64,000 nt of DNA. It comes from Ostrea edulis (lineage: Eukaryota). Under the pieces are notes generated by a model. The model was given only the letters and a program-made list of their open reading frames with translations, made no database searches and had not been told where the DNA came from. Both the position numbers and the translations under genes were made by a program. Location: positions 26,660,001-26,724,000 of the forward strand of contig NC_079164.1 in the NCBI RefSeq assembly GCF_947568905.1, read 5' to 3'. Position 1 is the stretch's first letter. The number at the start of each line of letters is the position of its first letter. Below, one piece after another: positions 59,301 to 64,000 of this stretch.

Positions 59301-61151
59301 AATCAACTGCATGTAAATCTATAGTAATACCTTACAAAGAAATACATGAATAATTTAACAAACATTTAAATTGTCTTTTCATTACATGGATAACTACTAG
59401 TTTCAGCATCAAATAGTCAGTCATATTTACAGGTCATTATCAAATAGTGTCTAAAATAATAGATTTAAACATATGAAACTGATTACCATAATTACTAGTA
59501 GTCAAATATGTAGAAGTTCTATTTTGTTCATATATTATTGTATAAGCAGTTGGTAATTTGAAGTTATGTCATGTTAACTTTCATGCTAAGGTACAGAAAA
59601 TTGGTCAGATTCAAATTAGAGTTACAATAAAATTGGAGAAACAAAGCAACATTTCCTCCTTTGTTAATCTAGTTATCTCTTTCTGATCTACCTTACCTTT
59701 GAGATTGTTCTTTCTAATCTACCTTACCTGTGACAAGTGTTCTTTCTGATCTACCTTACCTGTGACAGGTGTTCTTTCTGATCTATCTTACCTGTGACAG
59801 ATGTCTCTTTCTGATCTACCTTACCTGTGATAGGTGTCTCTTGTTGATCTACCTTACCTGTGACAGGTGTCTCTTGCTGATCTACCATACCTATGACAGG
59901 TGTTCTTTTTGACCTACAGTACCTGTGACAGGTGTTCTTTCTGATCTACCTTACCTGTGACAGGTGTTCTTTCTGATCTACCTTACCTGTGACAGGTGTT
60001 CTTTCTGATCTACCTTACCTGTGACAGGTGTTCTTTCTGATCTACCTTACCTGTGATAGGTGTCTCTTGTTGATCTACCTTACCTGTGACAGGTGTCTCT
60101 TGCTGATCTACCATACCTATGACAGGTGTTCTTTTTGACCTACAGTACCTGTGACAGGTGTTCTTTCTGATCTACCTTACCTGTGACAGGTGTTCTTTCT
60201 GATCTACCTTACCTGTGACAGGTGTTCTTTCTGATCTACCTTACCTGTGACAGGTGTTCTTTCTGATCTACCTTACCTGTGACAGATGCCTCTTTCTGAT
60301 CTACCTTACCTGTGACAGGTGTCTCTTGCTGATCTACCATACGTGTGACAGGTGTTCTTTTTTATCTACAGTACCTGTGATAGGTGTTCTTTTTGATCTA
60401 CAGTACCTGTGACAGGTGTTCTTTCTGATCTACTTTACCTGTGACAAGTGTTCTTTCTGACCTACAGTACCTGTGACAGGTGTTCTTTCTGATCTACTTT
60501 ACCTGTGACAGATGCCTCTTGCTGATCTACCTTACCTGTGACAGGTGTTCTTTCTGATCTATATTACCTGTGGCGAGTGGATCTCTTTCTGATTTACCGT
60601 GCCTGTTACAGGTGTTCTTTTTTACCTACAGTACCTGTGACAGGTGTTCTTTCTGATCTACAGTACCTGTGACAGGTGTTCTTTCTGATCTACAGTACCT
60701 GTGGCGAGTGGATCTCTTTCTGCTCTACCATGCCTGTTACAGGTGTTTCTGACTTCTTCTTACTTACATGTGTTCTTTCTGATTTTGCCTTAGCTTTGAC
60801 AGGTATTTCTTTCTGATTTCTTCTGACCTGTGAAAGGTTCAGCCATGATCTCCCCTACATTTAACAGGTGGTTGTCCTTTATCTACCATTACCTGTTGCA
60901 GGTGTTTCTTGGTGATTTCCCCTTACTCATGGTGGGTGTTCCTCTTTAATTTCTCTCACCTGAGAGGTGTGTTTCTCTCTCATTTCCCTGCGAATCAGGG
61001 GGCTGACATCCATTCTTTCCACATGATTCTCCTTTTTAGTGGGAAATTTCTCAAAAGGCCTATTTTCCTTGTTGCTCTCCAGGTAAGATAGATTTTTTTG
61101 CTTCCCACTCTTCTGCTGCTGTGAGCGGCTCAGTCCAAGGGAGGCTGCCAT
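45985..61151 (-). CDS. Divergent B-type (G2/mitotic) cyclin, 441 aa. Coding exons 61151-60960, 59275-59179, 57196-57092, 56708-56554, 55345-55241, 51730-51575, 49775-49614, 47868-47629, 46098-45985
   Basis: Cyclin box MRSILTDWFIQVQVHQELSQQTLHLTVELVDRFL...FQLVGITCLLIAAKYHERFAPE...LRMERQIL. D-box RVVLRDKIN and KEN boxes. All junctions GT-AG with compatible phases, 1326 nt to TAG. Confidence 0.88.
46564..47390 (+). mobile_element. pearl/Helentron-like element (longer copy of the 35280 family)
   Basis: Same termini, with more internal ~120-bp repeats. Confidence 0.78.
47629..47868 (-). CDS. Cyclin exon 8 (C-terminal cyclin fold)
   Basis: ORF 47611..47883, 240 nt. Confidence 0.92.
49614..49775 (-). 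CDS. Cyclin exon 7
   Basis: LCYLTDNTYNKEQVLRMERQIL, 162 nt. Confidence 0.93.
51575..51730 (-). CDS. Cyclin exon 6
   Basis: Part of ORF 51521..52036, 156 nt. Confidence 0.93.
51841..53029. mobile_element. PIF/Harbinger-like MITE, 1189 bp, 3-bp TSD TCA
   Basis: TIR GGCCACTATTAAAAAATTGTTTGTTGGGCGTT and its reverse complement ending at 53029. TCA on both flanks. Confidence 0.8.
53530..54200. repeat. 42-bp minisatellite x ~16
   Basis: ggattgggataaggggtggctcaacttaaattgacataggac units. Produces spurious ORF 53750..54172. Confidence 0.95.
54205..54557 (-). mobile_element. tRNA-derived SINE
   Basis: Minus-strand head accagttgtggtagctcaatggtagg (A-box) ...gtgagtttgagcc (B-box). Tail shared with 26347-26615. 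Confidence 0.7.
55241..55345 (-). CDS. Cyclin exon 5 (MRSILTDWFIQVQ)
   Basis: atcag|TAT...CAG|gtaac, 105 nt. Confidence 0.92.
55376..55540. repeat. ~165-bp hairpin (probable TE remnant) 30 bp from cyclin exon 5 acceptor
   Basis: gaatttatcgatgtgtaaactccggacattttactcacaaact / agtttgtgagtaaaatgtccggagtttacacatcgataaattc. Confidence 0.85.
56554..56708 (-). CDS. Cyclin exon 4 (PDYAEDIYEYLQ)
   Basis: ORF 56467..56697, 155 nt. Confidence 0.9.
57092..57196 (-). CDS. Cyclin exon 3
   Basis: ctgcag|AT TCA...GAT G|gtaagt, 105 nt, open. Confidence 0.8.
57860..58570. repeat. 85-93-bp tandem array x ~8 containing a MITE left end plus flank
   Basis: gaattcattgtaagcgtctccattatatgtatgttttactgtatctaccactgacccctccctg units. 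Confidence 0.93.
59020..59180. repeat. 27-29-bp tandem duplications of the cyclin exon 2 end/donor
   Basis: Minus-strand units aaggtcaaggccacatcag|gtaagacta and ...|gtaacacca. Confidence 0.85.
59179..59275 (-). CDS. Cyclin exon 2 (D-box RVVLRDKIN)
   Basis: aaacag|AGT...TCA G|gtaaga, 97 nt. Confidence 0.82.
59690..60760. repeat. 32-bp minisatellite x ~33; many units carry CAG|GTAAGG on the cyclin sense strand
   Basis: Plus-strand unit acctgtgacaggtgttctttctgatctacctt. Confidence 0.95.
60960..61151 (-). CDS. Cyclin coding exon 1 (two KEN boxes)
   Basis: ORF 60927..61151. Acceptor at 61167 upstream of the ATG. Donor CAG|gtgaga gives phase 0, matching the next exon. Confidence 0.75.
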
Positions 61152-62399
61152 TTGTTTACTATTTCTCTGAATTATTGTTACAGTAAATAATTATGGTATT
61201 TTCGATTACAATTCATGTGAATCATATTTGACAAATTGTTAGCATGAATACCCATCCTGCACTGACCAACATATTACACCCCTTCCTTGTTCTTTATAAA
61301 GCTGTACAGTATGCTCTGATATTTTGACCAAGTTTGCCCAATTCATAAGAACATTTGTTAACTTGTTGAGTGTATTTATATGGATATCCAGCATGTCTTA
61401 TATACAGTGAAAACTGCCTAATCTGACACCCATGCAATCCATTTCACTGGGCATTCCAAACCTTATTTTCATTCTCATTTTCATTGTATTTTACACTGTT
61501 TATTCCAACACATTGTGTATTCCGACAAAGCAATTGTCTCCCAGTGCATGTCGGATTAGACAGGATTCTTCAGTTTTAACCGCAAGTATCTTAAATTTGT
61601 GTTTACTAATGACTGTACAGTCACTTCACTTATCTGTAATCAACACATATTCAAGAGTCAGTCACATGACTACTTCAGACATCAACAAACATGGATACTT
61701 AAGTAAGAACATTGATGTGCTCCAGAGTGCACAAAGGACTGTGTACGATGAAGACCTTTCTAGGCCCCAGTAAAAGTCAAAATTTAAAGCTTTATAGAAA
61801 GACTAAACCTTCTGTTATTATTGTATTCATTGAACTCCAGGATCTTTATCAGCTATTTGTATAATTACCTTTCATATTCAAAGCCCAGAGGAAAATCTTT
61901 TATGTTAGTATAACCAATAATGACAGTAAATTACTAGATTTATTCAATTTTAAGTTGCACTAGGATTCTTGCACAAAATACACTTAAATTTTGAAACCTT
62001 AATGTTAATTTTGGTGGGAAAATAAGAACCCTTAAAAAGATTCGTTTGTTGGTTTATGTCAACAAACTTGACAATATTACACGTTTGTTGCGAACTAGTT
62101 TGATCCGGTTTTTTAGTACCACCTGCTGCGTAATCCTTACCAAATATGGAGTATCATCAAGGTCAAAGGGTGTATTGGCTGTTCCGTTAAAGGTAACAAA
62201 TGGGTTTTAAAATGATATGATATTTTAGTACTTAGTTCATATTTTGAAAAATATACATAAAAATATAAATATAAACAATGAATTGGCTTTCTTTGTTGAT
62301 TTATCGGGTGATGAAGGTAGCAAGCATTGCAGAAAAGCTAGATTCATAACCTGTGTTATTGTTTAAATATCACATTTTGATTATTGACATCTCTACTTT

Positions 62400-63172
62400 T
62401 GTTATTATGCACCCCCCACCCCTTTGGGTCATATTGTTTTGCCCCAGTTGGTGGTCGGTCTGTAAACTAAGTTTTGTCCAAAAAAAGTCTTGAGAACCCT
62501 TTGCTTCACAGACAATAATTCAAACTTGGTGCACTGGTACATATCGTAAGGAGTAGATGACCCCTATTGATTTTGAGGTCACATGGTCAAGGGTCAATCC
62601 ACTCTGAACATACATGTATATTGTCTGCTCAATGTCTTGAGAACCCTTTGATTGACAGACACTAAACTTAATACACTAATACAAGGAGTAGATGACCTCT
62701 ATTGATTTTAATTGAGGTCACATGATCAAAGGTCAAGGATCAAACTTGACATAGGAAGATACTATCTGCTCAATATCTTGAGAATCCTTTGCTTGAAAGA
62801 CATCAAATTTGGTACACTGGTACATGTTAAAAGGACTAGATGACTCCTATTGATTTTGATGTCAAAGGTCAATCCACTCTTGACATTAAAACATACTGTC
62901 CAGATTCCACTCAATATCTTTAGAACCCTTTCCTTGACAGACATCAAATTTGGTACACTAGCTAGTACATCGTAAGGAGTAAATGACCACAAATGATTTT
63001 GAGCTCACATGGTTAAAGGTCAATCCACTCTGGACATTAGATATTGTCAGCTCGTCTAGAATTGTTTGCATTACTATCAAGTAAATGATACATGTGTATA
63101 ACCCTCTCAATCTTGCACCACAGGGGTGGGGGTGGGAGCATATACATGTTTCTGAAACATTTCTTGTTTCTT
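62400..63172 (-). mobile_element. pearl/Helentron-like element with internal tandem repeats
   Basis: Reverse-complement start aaacaagaaatgtttcagaaac at ~63170, tcaaaggtca repeats, and C-run terminus near 62410. Confidence 0.6.
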
Positions 63173-64000
63173 TTTAAACCGAACCTATAATTAAGGTAAT
63201 TTTCTTTAATCACTTATGTTATATAATGTTGTTTTTTTTTTATTGTGTTTCAGAATTTATCATACTTACTTCAAAAACAATAATATATTTCTTATACTTG
63301 CACATTTAGATATACGTAGTGTTTCATTTCAGAACAGTCTGAGATCGAGGTACAAACTATTGAATAAATCATAGAGAGAGATTGATATAGTACTTCAGCC
63401 ATATTGCTACAAACCTACAACAAATGTCTTTAGGGTATTTCAACATCACCTCAAAAGATTTATTCTATAAAAATAATCATTCCATTATTTTCCTCCAAAT
63501 GCAAATGTTTTCAGGCATATAATTTATAGAAAGTTAATTCACAATTTTAAAGTAATTCAGCTGCATGAAAATAATTCTTCATGCTTTGGATGAAAAAATC
63601 TCTGGTCATACATGCAAGTTACTATAATAATAATAATAATAGTTTATTCACCAATCAAGGGCCCTCGGGGGACATGTACATGTTAACAGGCAATTAATTA
63701 TAACAATGAAAATAAATAACTATATGAAATGAACATAGATTTACAACAGAATTACATCACTAAGCATTTTTAGCAGAAGTAACACAGCCAAATTCACATG
63801 TAGCCATGCACAGCTGCAAACCTTTCACAAGCTGCTGACCTGCCAATCTAATGATCTGAAAGTGGGCGATCATATTACTAGTAGTGGGTGATGTGGATTC
63901 TTACACAGGCACCTGAAGTGTGGATAGCTGGTATAGATCTTATGTACATACCCCCCCCCCCTCTTCTAGAAAGAAATTATTTTTATACAGAACCAATAAT

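Noticed and set aside
59690-60760. CRISPR-like array (also considered for 525-1345, 53530-54200, 57860-58570)
   Set aside because: Head-to-tail repeats with no unique spacers, no cas genes, in eukaryotic introns.
63250-63460. Possible plus-strand exons of a further gene near the right edge
   Set aside because: AG-bounded segments hit stops quickly and no product is recognisable.

Overview
Eukaryotic, AT-rich, intron-rich animal DNA. The repeat families (pearl/CvA-type Helentron-like elements with ~166-bp satellite cores, and a YDFSTLY-type Penelope-like RT) suggest a bivalve mollusc, probably an oyster; this is inference. Four spliced protein-coding genes were assembled by hand from splice sites and phase arithmetic. 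(1) A minus-strand chimeric gene joins two tandem zinc-ribbon repeats in frame to a PTBP-type RRM3 that keeps the vertebrate-like 34-nt and 93-nt exons; it runs off the left edge of the window. (2) A plus-strand ankyrin/armadillo-repeat gene, ANKAR-like, 850 aa. (3) Minus-strand CIAO2B/FAM96B, 156 aa in 5 exons, almost absent from the ORF track. (4) A minus-strand divergent B-type cyclin, 441 aa in 9 coding exons, with two KEN boxes and a D-box. Its first two introns begin with tandem copies of 5' splice-site sequence. Intergenic and intronic DNA is dense with transposons that have readable termini and target-site duplications (TSDs). These include a 4.2-kb AcademH-like element (10-bp TSD) abutting the ANKAR promoter, a tRNA-in-LTR TRIM (Helenus-like), a Naiad-like Penelope retroelement, hAT-, Harbinger-, EnSpm- and mariner-type MITEs, a 1.1-kb palindrome, and a nested TE stack in CIAO2B intron 1. 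All family and homology assignments come from recalled motifs; no database search was run.
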